Source: an uncultured virus (IMG/VR IMGVR_UViG_3300002835_000043) (Duplodnaviria > Heunggongvirae > Uroviricota > Caudoviricetes). From it: DNA of 64,000 nucleotides. This document shows positions 55,328 to 64,000 of the stretch, in pieces. The translations under genes and the position numbers were made by a program. The stretch covers positions 1 through 64,000 of the IMG/VR virus record IMGVR_UViG_3300002835_000043, one strand, 5' to 3'. Below the pieces are notes generated by a model. That model made no database searches. It had not been told where the DNA came from and saw only the letters and a program-made list of their open reading frames with translations. The first letter of the stretch is position 1. Every line of letters begins with the position of its first letter.

Positions 55328-57172
55328 ATGTTACAAGTAGAAATCATATATCCTCAACAAGATTCAACTGTTTATAGTGACGAATTAAAATTTCGTTATA
55401 AAGTTTTAAACAATTTAGAAAAATATAAACTCAGTAAAATTGTTTTCATAGTAAATGATACCGAAGAAATAACAACTACTGTAAGCAATGAATACACTTT
55501 TGATTCTCTCAAATCTGGTACATATGAAATAAAAGGATATCTATTAAATAAAAATAACATAAAAATAGATGAAACGGATTTCTCTGTAAAATTTAATGTA
55601 GTTACTGAAAAATTTGAATCAAAAAATCCAACATGGTCATTTGCTAAAACAAAACTACCACAATTTATACAAGAAGATTATAAAACATTTTCAAGATTTA
55701 TAGAAGCATATTACGAATGGCTACACAAATCTAATAATCCAATTTTTGCACCATTCACATCTGAACAATTTGCTGATGTAGATACCACTCCAGAAGTTTT
55801 CTTATCAAATTTTAGAATACAATATTTAAACGATTTTCCAGATAATATATTGACATCTGGTGATAAAAATATAAAAACAATAATTAAAAATATAAAACAA
55901 TTTTACAGATCTAAAGGTTCTGAAAAGTCCTTTAGATTTTTATTTAGATTACTGTATAACACTTATGTTGATTTTTATTATCCACGAACCGATTTGATAA
56001 AGGGTTCGGGTAATTTGTGGGTAGAGAATGTTGGTATGAAAGTAAAAAATATAGAATTAAAGACTGCATTTTTACTAAAAAACTCTTTAATATATCAATT
56101 AGATGCCAGCGGAAATATAACTGCTTCCGCAAGAGTTGTAGAAGTTAGTGTACAAAGAGTAACAAATATGGATTTAATTGAACTTTTTGTAGCAAATGTT
56201 GTTGGTGAATTTGATGGAGATAAACAAGTTTATAGTGATATGCTAATTGATGGTAAGAGAAAACAAGTATCAATGGATCTTTTACCAGTTGTTACTAGTG
56301 TTGATATAACAAGTAAAGCTTTACGAGTTGGTGATCCTGTTTATTTGCTCGACTCCACAGATTCTATAAGTGGAACTGGTTTTTATGCAGTAATACAAGA
56401 AGTAGATTTTAAAGGTAAAGTAAAAAGATTACAAATAATTGATTCTGGTTATAATTATTCAGGTACACATTTACTTCACAAAAAAAATCAAAATGGCTCT
56501 TACACACCAATATCAGGAACTTATGAAATAGGAGTCATGACAAGATATCCTGGATATTATAAGACAATATCATCTTCTCCCTCCTCTAGAGGCAAATTAC
56601 ACGATAATAGAAAGTACCAAGAACTTTCTTATGTGTTAAAGGTTGAAGAAAATATAATAAATTATGCCGATATAGTCAAGAGGTTGGTACATCCAGCAGG
56701 TGTTGGGTTATTTGGTAGTTACCTTGTTAAAAGAGATGAACAGATCGATGTAAGTAGTTCAACAACTACAAATTTATATTATCAAGGATTTATAGGTAAT
56801 TACCTACCATATACATTCAATACTATAAAAAATTTAAGAAATGATTCTTATCCGAATGCCGATCCTATTCTTTATCCATCGGGTATGACAGATTTGTATC
56901 CTTCTGGATTTAATCCAAATCAAACCATTCCTGATGAGGATGAAGCAACACAAGAACATTTAGCAGGGATTGAAAGAAAAAATTCCGGTGTTAATGATTT
57001 GGTTTTTATTTATAAACCAGATGTATCAGATAAAAATCAAATAAATGAGTATTGGATTGTTTTTCCAAATCCAAATACACTACTAAATAATTCTGATAAC
57101 GCAGTTGGAGAAATAGTAATAAGAGATTTCTTAAAAATACCAATAACAGATTTAACACAAAGTACTAACTAA
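55328..57172 (+). CDS. baseplate wedge gp7-like
   Basis: LPQFI..DY..F..FIEAYYEWL, FYRSKGSEKSF, YQELSYV, VHPAG. Confidence 0.75.
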   Translation: MLQVEIIYPQQDSTVYSDELKFRYKVLNNLEKYKLSKIVFIVNDTEEITTTVSNEYTFDSLKSGTYEIKGYLLNKNNIKIDETDFSVKFNVVTEKFESKNPTWSFAKTKLPQFIQEDYKTFSRFIEAYYEWLHKSNNPIFAPFTSEQFADVDTTPEVFLSNFRIQYLNDFPDNILTSGDKNIKTIIKNIKQFYRSKGSEKSFRFLFRLLYNTYVDFYYPRTDLIKGSGNLWVENVGMKVKNIELKTAFLLKNSLIYQLDASGNITASARVVEVSVQRVTNMDLIELFVANVVGEFDGDKQVYSDMLIDGKRKQVSMDLLPVVTSVDITSKALRVGDPVYLLDSTDSISGTGFYAVIQEVDFKGKVKRLQIIDSGYNYSGTHLLHKKNQNGSYTPISGTYEIGVMTRYPGYYKTISSSPSSRGKLHDNRKYQELSYVLKVEENIINYADIVKRLVHPAGVGLFGSYLVKRDEQIDVSSSTTTNLYYQGFIGNYLPYTFNTIKNLRNDSYPNADPILYPSGMTDLYPSGFNPNQTIPDEDEATQEHLAGIERKNSGVNDLVFIYKPDVSDKNQINEYWIVFPNPNTLLNNSDNAVGEIVIRDFLKIPITDLTQSTN

Positions 57173-57173
57173 A

Positions 57174-59459
57174 ATGCTAAAAACCAACTTAAAAAATTCA
57201 TTAATACAGTCTTTTTATGACAAATTTTCCGCATTTTCAAATATAAAAAATTATCTCTTTATTGGTAAAGTTACTGAATGGGATAACGAAACTCTTCCCC
57301 CAACAGCAGACGATTCTCTCAATGAAGAACTAGAGGCATGGAGAAACATGCTACTTTGCAAGTCATTGAATTCTGATGATGTTGCATTTGTAATAAGAAG
57401 AATTAATTGGGAATATAATAAAGTTTTTTCACAATATGATGATGTGATTGAATTGTATTCCGAAACAAATAATTATGATTTTTATGTTTATACTTCTGGT
57501 AAAAATGTTTATAAATGTATTTCAAATAATAATGGTTCGTTCTCTCAATATGAACCATCAGGAACTAGTACTGATGACATAATAACCCAAGATGGTTATA
57601 TTTGGAAATATATGTATTCTGTTAGACCAGAATTAGAAGATTTTATAACGGAGGAATATATTCCTGTAGAATTGCTAGACGAACTATTTTACACCGATCA
57701 ACGATCTCTGCAATTAACAGTTCAACAAGATGCAAAACAAAATAAAAATGGTGCAATCACTTCGATACAAGTAACTCAAACTGGTGCATCATATCCATTC
57801 GCTATTGACTATGTAACAAATCCCGAAGCTCAAATTTTTCATGTTGTACAAGAAACTGTTAATGTTGGTAGTTTTACTATAAAACTAAACCCATTGTCCG
57901 ATATAAGTAGAATTAATGATATTTATAAAAATGATTATGTTGTTTATATTTATTCTGGAACTGGTTCAGGTCAAGTTAGAAAAATAACAGCATATAATGG
58001 TGAATCTTGTATTGCAACTGTTAGTGAAGCATTTACTGAACAAATAACAACTGATTCATATTATAAAATTTTACCAAGAATAGAAATAATAGGTGACGGT
58101 AGAAATGCAGTTGCAATTCCAATTTTAAATCCTTTGACAAAAATGATAGAAAGTGTAACCATCTTAAATGGTGGTGAAAATTATCGAAAAGCAATTGTAG
58201 AAATAAAATCAAAACGAACTAATGATATTGATTTAACAAAAGCAAGAGCAATATTAGCACCAGTTAATGGTCATGGTTATTCTTCTATTATTGAATTAGG
58301 TTGTAAAGATTTAATGATAAAATCATATTTTGATAAAGAAGAAATTCAAGACAATAATTTTTACAATGATTATAGACAAGTTGGTTTGATACAAGATATA
58401 GAATTATTAAATGAAATCACCCCAAAACAAAAATATACTCTTGATATTGAAAATTTAAATGCAACAACAGCATTGACATTGGGTGGAAATTATTCAACAT
58501 TTGTAAGTGTTTTACAGAGCAATCCCAACTTAATAGTAAAACAAGGATCCGATGACAACATCAGTCAAGCACAAGGAACTTATTTAAGTTTTGATTCTAC
58601 AACCGAAACATTAATACTAAAAACTGTAAATGGTAAATTTATGAATTATCCATCATCTACAGTATATCCACTAGTAATAGAGGATTATCCAACAACAGGA
58701 ACCGACACATATTATACATCAGTGAATGTTTTAAATTGTGCTCCTTTAAATTATTATAGTGATTTAACATTCAAATTGGATGATACTATTTTAGGAGAAG
58801 ATTCAAAAACAACAGGTACTGTAGTTGATTGGAAACCTACTTTCTTTGGCACTGACGGTAAATTAGTTGTAACAGATGTAAATGGTTCTTTTGATGAATC
58901 ATATTATAATGATTCTGGAGATTTAATAAATGGAGAAAGAATAATAGCATTCTCTGCTGTGAATATGACATCTGGTATTTCAGGATTTAATGAGAATAAA
59001 GTTGGTATTATTAAGAATATTTCAAAAGCAGGATTAACAGAGGGTAAAACCAGTTATAGAACCACAACTGCTTTAACATTAAGATCTGTAAACAATCCAA
59101 TAACAGATACTTTTTCAGAAACAGATTTTTCAGAAGATGATATTATAAAACAAGAGACATCTGGTGCTACTGGTATTGTAGTTTCATGGAAACTTTCAGA
59201 TGATAAAACCACTGGTACTTTGTTACTGACTGGAGTTGATGGTGCTTTTGATCCAACCCCAACATCAGGACAAAGAATATTGAAATTGGTAGGTGGTTCA
59301 TATACATCAACTTATAAAGATTTTAATGTTGGAATTTACGATATCAAGTTACCAGAAGTTTCTAGGTATTCTGGTAAAATGTTATACATAGAAAATATAA
59401 GACCAGTTGTTCGTGGTGATGATCAAATGGAAGAATTTAAAATAATAATAGGACTCTGA
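57174..59459 (+). CDS. baseplate wedge gp8-like, extended
   Basis: YLFIGK, VYKCISNN, DGYIWKYMY, GHG, NDYRQVGLI, YSGKMLYIEN. Confidence 0.8.
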   Translation: MLKTNLKNSLIQSFYDKFSAFSNIKNYLFIGKVTEWDNETLPPTADDSLNEELEAWRNMLLCKSLNSDDVAFVIRRINWEYNKVFSQYDDVIELYSETNNYDFYVYTSGKNVYKCISNNNGSFSQYEPSGTSTDDIITQDGYIWKYMYSVRPELEDFITEEYIPVELLDELFYTDQRSLQLTVQQDAKQNKNGAITSIQVTQTGASYPFAIDYVTNPEAQIFHVVQETVNVGSFTIKLNPLSDISRINDIYKNDYVVYIYSGTGSGQVRKITAYNGESCIATVSEAFTEQITTDSYYKILPRIEIIGDGRNAVAIPILNPLTKMIESVTILNGGENYRKAIVEIKSKRTNDIDLTKARAILAPVNGHGYSSIIELGCKDLMIKSYFDKEEIQDNNFYNDYRQVGLIQDIELLNEITPKQKYTLDIENLNATTALTLGGNYSTFVSVLQSNPNLIVKQGSDDNISQAQGTYLSFDSTTETLILKTVNGKFMNYPSSTVYPLVIEDYPTTGTDTYYTSVNVLNCAPLNYYSDLTFKLDDTILGEDSKTTGTVVDWKPTFFGTDGKLVVTDVNGSFDESYYNDSGDLINGERIIAFSAVNMTSGISGFNENKVGIIKNISKAGLTEGKTSYRTTTALTLRSVNNPITDTFSETDFSEDDIIKQETSGATGIVVSWKLSDDKTTGTLLLTGVDGAFDPTPTSGQRILKLVGGSYTSTYKDFNVGIYDIKLPEVSRYSGKMLYIENIRPVVRGDDQMEEFKIIIGL

Positions 59460-59468
59460 GGTAATTAA

Positions 59469-62400
59469 ATGGCATATAAACACACAGATATACTTTCCGG
59501 TTCGCCTTATTACGACGATTTTGCCGATACAAAGAATTTTTTAAGAATTCTTTTTAAACCGGGCTATTCTGTTCAAGCAAGAGAACTAACTCAATTACAA
59601 ACACTATTACAAAATCAAGTATCAAAACTTGGTAGCCATGTATTTAAAAATGGTAGTCTTGTATATGGTGGTGTTTCTACACTTACTGAGTGTAAGTTCC
59701 TCAGAGTAAAACAAACTGATATAAATCATGAGGATCTAAGAGGTAAGGTCATATCAGACACCAGCAGCACAGATGTTCTTGGATCCACAACAGCAAGTAA
59801 AGCAAAAATTGTTTATACTCTACCAGAAGTTATAGGAACAGACGAATATACAATTTTATTCTTACAGTATCTAACTGGAAATGAATTGAACAATGCACAA
59901 AGATTGTTCATAGGTTCTACTGTCCAATCCATAACAGTAAAATCAACAACAGTTGATACTTCAATTCCTGTTTCTGGTTCAGCAAGTCTTGTTTCTGTTG
60001 AAGAAGGTATATTTTATGTTGATGGTTTCTTCGTAAACAATACAAAACAAACAACTTCACTTTATAAATTAGATTCAACATCTGGATTTAGAGATTTTTC
60101 AACACCAACAAACAGAGTTGGATTCTCATTAAATAGAATAACTGTAGACGCAACCGAAGACGAAACATTAAAAGATCCTGCAAATGGTTCATATAATTTT
60201 AATGCACCCGGAGCAGATAGATATGTTATAGAGTTGAATTTGACATCATATGTTTTTGATGATAAAGAAACAAAACCAGAAGAATATTCAACAGAAGATT
60301 TTATTGAACTTGCAAGAACAGTAAATGGTAAATTGGATTTCGTAAGAAGAACTCCAACATATTCCGATTTGCTTGAAATATTTGCTAGAAGAACTTATGA
60401 TGAATCTGGTTCTTATACAGTTAAACCATTTGGTCTAGAACTCAAAAATCATATTCGTTCTGATAAATTTAAGTTTGTAGTTTCACGATATCTTGGTGAT
60501 ATCACAAAACCAATATCATCATCAGTTCAAGATACATTTAGTTATTCCTCAGAAACTGGCAATTTACCACCATTTCCAAATGATATATTAAAGGTTTATG
60601 ATGAAACTACTGCAAAAACATCTCTTTTGGATATTGTAAATGTTAGCGCAAGTTCAGATAGTCCATACGCAACAATTACAGCAAAATATCAAGAAACAGA
60701 CATAAATGATGTATTGACGATAGGATTGAACACAAAGTTTTATCTTTTTAGAAAAGGTAATGCAGTTCCTGAAGGTGGCGTTTTCTATGCAGTAGTCAAT
60801 GTACAAGATACTCCAATAGTAACAATTGATCAAGATGAAACAGGAACATATACATTAACAGATACACCAAAAGGATCAGAAGATAAGTTTGTTTTATCAG
60901 TACAACCAGGCAAAGCATATGTTTATGGTTATGAGTTTGAAAATATTAACAATACAAATATATCAATAGATAAACCAAGAGATACTGTATTTTTAAATAA
61001 TTATGAAGTAAACGCAAATGTTGGAAATTATTTCGTCGCAACAACAACTCTTGGTGCAGATGGTTTGTATAAATTTAATGATTATTCTTCTTCATTGAAC
61101 ATAAATGAATTCCCACCAGTAAAGTTGAAGGGTCAATTTGTTGAAATCAATTTACCAAAGGTAGAAGAACAAGAAGCATCATTACCTGTAAAATATTGGT
61201 CACCTTTGTTTGCTTCAGAACATACAAATTACTCAAGTATATTGTTCTTGGAACCAAATTCCGAAGCAGGTGGTCTTGCATTATTAAAGGAATTGCCAAC
61301 AGGTTCAACTACATATGGTCTTATTAGACCAGAAGAAACAACAGATACTAGAAAGAAAACTATAGGACAAAAAGTATCTGCAACAAATAGTATTTACTAC
61401 AATATAAACAAATCATCATTTGCAACTGAAAATAATATAAGCAGATTGGTATTCACTGAGCCATATCACGGTAATTTTAGAACAGCATATGGTCAAGATG
61501 GTAATGCTGATCTTGATGATCAATTTGGCACTGATGAATATAGAGATACTACAAAAAATTATGTCTATCAAGTTGACTATAAGAATATAAAAAATGCAAT
61601 TCCAGATGAACCAACATCTGCAGAAATTTTAAATTATATTACTGTAAAGAAAGCAGAAACTAGAAGATGGGTTCCTGCTGGTTCTTCAGGCGTAACTAGT
61701 GGAAGTGCATTATATATCAAACAAGGAACAGGAAATATAGTATTCGGTTCAGGTGCAACAAGAGGATTCTCATTACCAGGATCAAATATTACAGATGGTG
61801 TAGGAGAAGAATCTGGTGTAGTATTTAATCCAGAAGTTGGTAGTGATATTTCCTATGGAAGTAGTATTGAAACTGTTCAAATACAAAATAATATTGTTCA
61901 AATAACACTAACAAAGGCAACAGGAGTTGAGGATTGTTCACAAACAAATCCACCAACTGCAACTGATGGTTTTGGTAAATATCGTATTGGTGATCTCATA
62001 ACTCAAGTTTATGATACGGTTGGTGGAAGCACAAGAGAAGCAACAGGTATAGTTTTAGCAGTTAGTGAAAGTCCAGATGCTGGTAATTATAAAATTTATG
62101 TTGAAATGAAAGGTAGTGATGATTTTGTTACAAATGTAAATCCAAATCCAGCACTCTATTCTAATGTTGGCTTGTTATATGCACCATGTGCTTGCTATGC
62201 TATCAAGGGAGTAGTAGTTTTAGACAACTCAACTTGTGGTGAATTTACAACAATTAAATTTACCGAATCTGCAATTTATGGTGAATATACTGCTGGTAAC
62301 AGAGTATTCCAATTTGATGTAAACAGTTTACCAATTGATAGTTTAACACCACCAACAAATTTTGTTTCATCGAAGTGTGTAGCAAAAGGAACTGTTGTAT

Positions 62401-64000
62401 CATGGGATGCAAATACAAGAACACTAATTATTCTACAAGAGAAAAATAAATTTAATAAAGAATCTGGTTGGGTTTTTGAAATAGGAACAGGTATTCATTA
62501 TGGTGGTAGAGGTTGGGATTTGGCAAAACACAATGAAAACACAGTATCATCATTCGAAGAAATAGAAAAAGCATCTGGTGTATTTGTTCATGTTTCTGAT
62601 TCATATGTTAGTGGAAAAGATTTCGATGAAGATAATGCATTTGGTTCTGCTAAACAAATTATAATTTCAGCAGAACAAAACTTTAAGAAAGGCAAGGAAG
62701 CCAGAATTGGTGATATTATAACACAAAGAAATAGCGGTATCACTAGTGAAGGAAAGGTTGTATTCTTTAAGGCTGGTGATGTTGATAATCCTGCAGCAAC
62801 CGAAGATGAAAGCACAACAACATTTGTCTTAACACCAAACACACTAAATGGTGTTTCATTGCCATTCTCGTTCAATATCGGAGCACCATCATCTAGTCCA
62901 TTATCAATTAAAGGAAGATCTCCATCAGTAACATATGCTGTTGATAGTACAAAGGTTCCAACAGGTGGTTTGGTATCCACAACTGTAACAGGAAATGCAA
63001 AATTAAGACAATTACATAGAATTTCAGAGGAAAGATATAGTGTACACTTATTCGACATTGCAATGTTGAATATTGGTTCTACAACATCAAAATATCCATT
63101 AAATTCTACAACACACATTGCAGATACAAATGAAAATGATTTATTTGCTATAGAAACTGCAAATGGTGTTTCAACAATATATTCACCACAACAAAACACA
63201 CTATTGTTTGATTTACCAGTTGGTGACATTGTTCAAAATGTTAGTGATTTTAAATATAGAATTCAAAGAGACATTAATGTAACAATAAACACTACAAGTA
63301 CAACAAAACTAATAGAGCCAGGTTTACCAGCAAATATAAGATTTATAGGTGGTGCTTCTGGAACAGGTGAAGAAACTGGTAAAGTTGATATGGCAGATCT
63401 TCTAGAGCACTATATCTTCTTAAATACCGATAATGGTAAAGTTTATAACCTATCAGATACAAGATATTTTGATAAGATTATTACAAACAATACAAGTGAA
63501 GGAGCTTCTTCAACCTTAACACTTTATATGAAGCAATCTGGTGGTAATAGAATTTTGCCAGATGGTGATTATAAATTAATCGCAACCATGTCTGTTGGTG
63601 GTTCAACACAAACAGGTGTTGGTATTAGAAGCAAAGTAAAGAAGAGAGCAACAAAGGTACTAACATTCAATTCAAGTGGTGTTCTAACAATACCACAATC
63701 AGATATAATTTCTGTTGATTATATGACAACAACAACTGGTGCAATTTATGATTTAACATATTTTACACTAAATAATGGTCAAACAGATAATATCTATGAT
63801 TATGCAACATTCAAATTGAAACCAGAAAATAATGGTGTATTTATTCTGTCAAATGAACAGGTATTGATAACATACACATATTTCGAACATCAAGGTAATG
63901 GACCAATTGTTGTTAACTCTTATGAATCACACAATGATATTCCGGAATATATAAGTCCCTCTACTAATGAAAAATATAAACTTGATACAGTGATTGATTT
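59469..64000 (+). CDS. large virion structural protein (DUF4815/VrlC-like), truncated by window end
   Basis: SPYYDDF...RILFKPGYSVQARELTQLQTLLQNQ, APGADR, ARRTYDESGSY; absent from ORF track presumably because no stop falls in the window. Confidence 0.85.
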   Translation, partial: MAYKHTDILSGSPYYDDFADTKNFLRILFKPGYSVQARELTQLQTLLQNQVSKLGSHVFKNGSLVYGGVSTLTECKFLRVKQTDINHEDLRGKVISDTSSTDVLGSTTASKAKIVYTLPEVIGTDEYTILFLQYLTGNELNNAQRLFIGSTVQSITVKSTTVDTSIPVSGSASLVSVEEGIFYVDGFFVNNTKQTTSLYKLDSTSGFRDFSTPTNRVGFSLNRITVDATEDETLKDPANGSYNFNAPGADRYVIELNLTSYVFDDKETKPEEYSTEDFIELARTVNGKLDFVRRTPTYSDLLEIFARRTYDESGSYTVKPFGLELKNHIRSDKFKFVVSRYLGDITKPISSSVQDTFSYSSETGNLPPFPNDILKVYDETTAKTSLLDIVNVSASSDSPYATITAKYQETDINDVLTIGLNTKFYLFRKGNAVPEGGVFYAVVNVQDTPIVTIDQDETGTYTLTDTPKGSEDKFVLSVQPGKAYVYGYEFENINNTNISIDKPRDTVFLNNYEVNANVGNYFVATTTLGADGLYKFNDYSSSLNINEFPPVKLKGQFVEINLPKVEEQEASLPVKYWSPLFASEHTNYSSILFLEPNSEAGGLALLKELPTGSTTYGLIRPEETTDTRKKTIGQKVSATNSIYYNINKSSFATENNISRLVFTEPYHGNFRTAYGQDGNADLDDQFGTDEYRDTTKNYVYQVDYKNIKNAIPDEPTSAEILNYITVKKAETRRWVPAGSSGVTSGSALYIKQGTGNIVFGSGATRGFSLPGSNITDGVGEESGVVFNPEVGSDISYGSSIETVQIQNNIVQITLTKATGVEDCSQTNPPTATDGFGKYRIGDLITQVYDTVGGSTREATGIVLAVSESPDAGNYKIYVEMKGSDDFVTNVNPNPALYSNVGLLYAPCACYAIKGVVVLDNSTCGEFTTIKFTESAIYGEYTAGNRVFQFDVNSLPIDSLTPPTNFVSSKCVAKGTVVSWDANTRTLIILQEKNKFNKESGWVFEIGTGIHYGGRGWDLAKHNENTVSSFEEIEKASGVFVHVSDSYVSGKDFDEDNAFGSAKQIIISAEQNFKKGKEARIGDIITQRNSGITSEGKVVFFKAGDVDNPAATEDESTTTFVLTPNTLNGVSLPFSFNIGAPSSSPLSIKGRSPSVTYAVDSTKVPTGGLVSTTVTGNAKLRQLHRISEERYSVHLFDIAMLNIGSTTSKYPLNSTTHIADTNENDLFAIETANGVSTIYSPQQNTLLFDLPVGDIVQNVSDFKYRIQRDINVTINTTSTTKLIEPGLPANIRFIGGASGTGEETGKVDMADLLEHYIFLNTDNGKVYNLSDTRYFDKIITNNTSEGASSTLTLYMKQSGGNRILPDGDYKLIATMSVGGSTQTGVGIRSKVKKRATKVLTFNSSGVLTIPQSDIISVDYMTTTTGAIYDLTYFTLNNGQTDNIYDYATFKLKPENNGVFILSNEQVLITYTYFEHQGNGPIVVNSYESHNDIPEYISPSTNEKYKLDTVID

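Noticed and set aside
1..64000. Stop-codon reassignment
   Set aside because: Conserved genes are full length in the standard code, TAA, TAG and TGA all end genes, and no suppressor anticodon was found

Overview
Segment of a large T4-like (Tevenvirinae/Kyanoviridae-like) myophage genome, standard genetic code. Layout: (1) 1-6.9 kb, visibly GC-rich early region with a tandem array of 11 small diverged paralogs and repeat-rich intergenic DNA; (2) 7.4-13.8 kb, AT-rich block of probable internal head proteins, an outer-membrane beta-barrel, a PEP-CTERM-like protein and a lysozyme; (3) 13.8-28.9 kb, host-modulation and translation block with a SET-domain protein, guaC, purA, a deaminase, a SpoU methylase, a C5 DNA methylase with a nested out-of-frame gene, two more PEP-CTERM-like proteins, 17 tRNAs (including unusual Ser-ACT, Ile-TAT and short-arm Leu), a circularly permuted tmRNA and two candidate structured RNAs; (4) 28.9-40.3 kb, a very AT-rich island of 15 glycan synthesis genes; (5) gp33, gp32 and a tail/baseplate module (tape-measure-like, gp51, gp26, gp48, gp4, gp54, gp53, hub, split gp5, PAAR, gp25, gp6, gp7, gp8, a large virion protein running off the end). 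The IPSP/VPAP sorting motifs, tRNA set and guaC+purA suggest a GC-rich host, possibly Planctomycetota (inference). Best leads: phage cargo for a host exosortase with a slippery-site anchor switch, the permuted tmRNA, the paralog array and a gp26-gp51 -1 frameshift. All homology calls are by motif recognition, without database searches.
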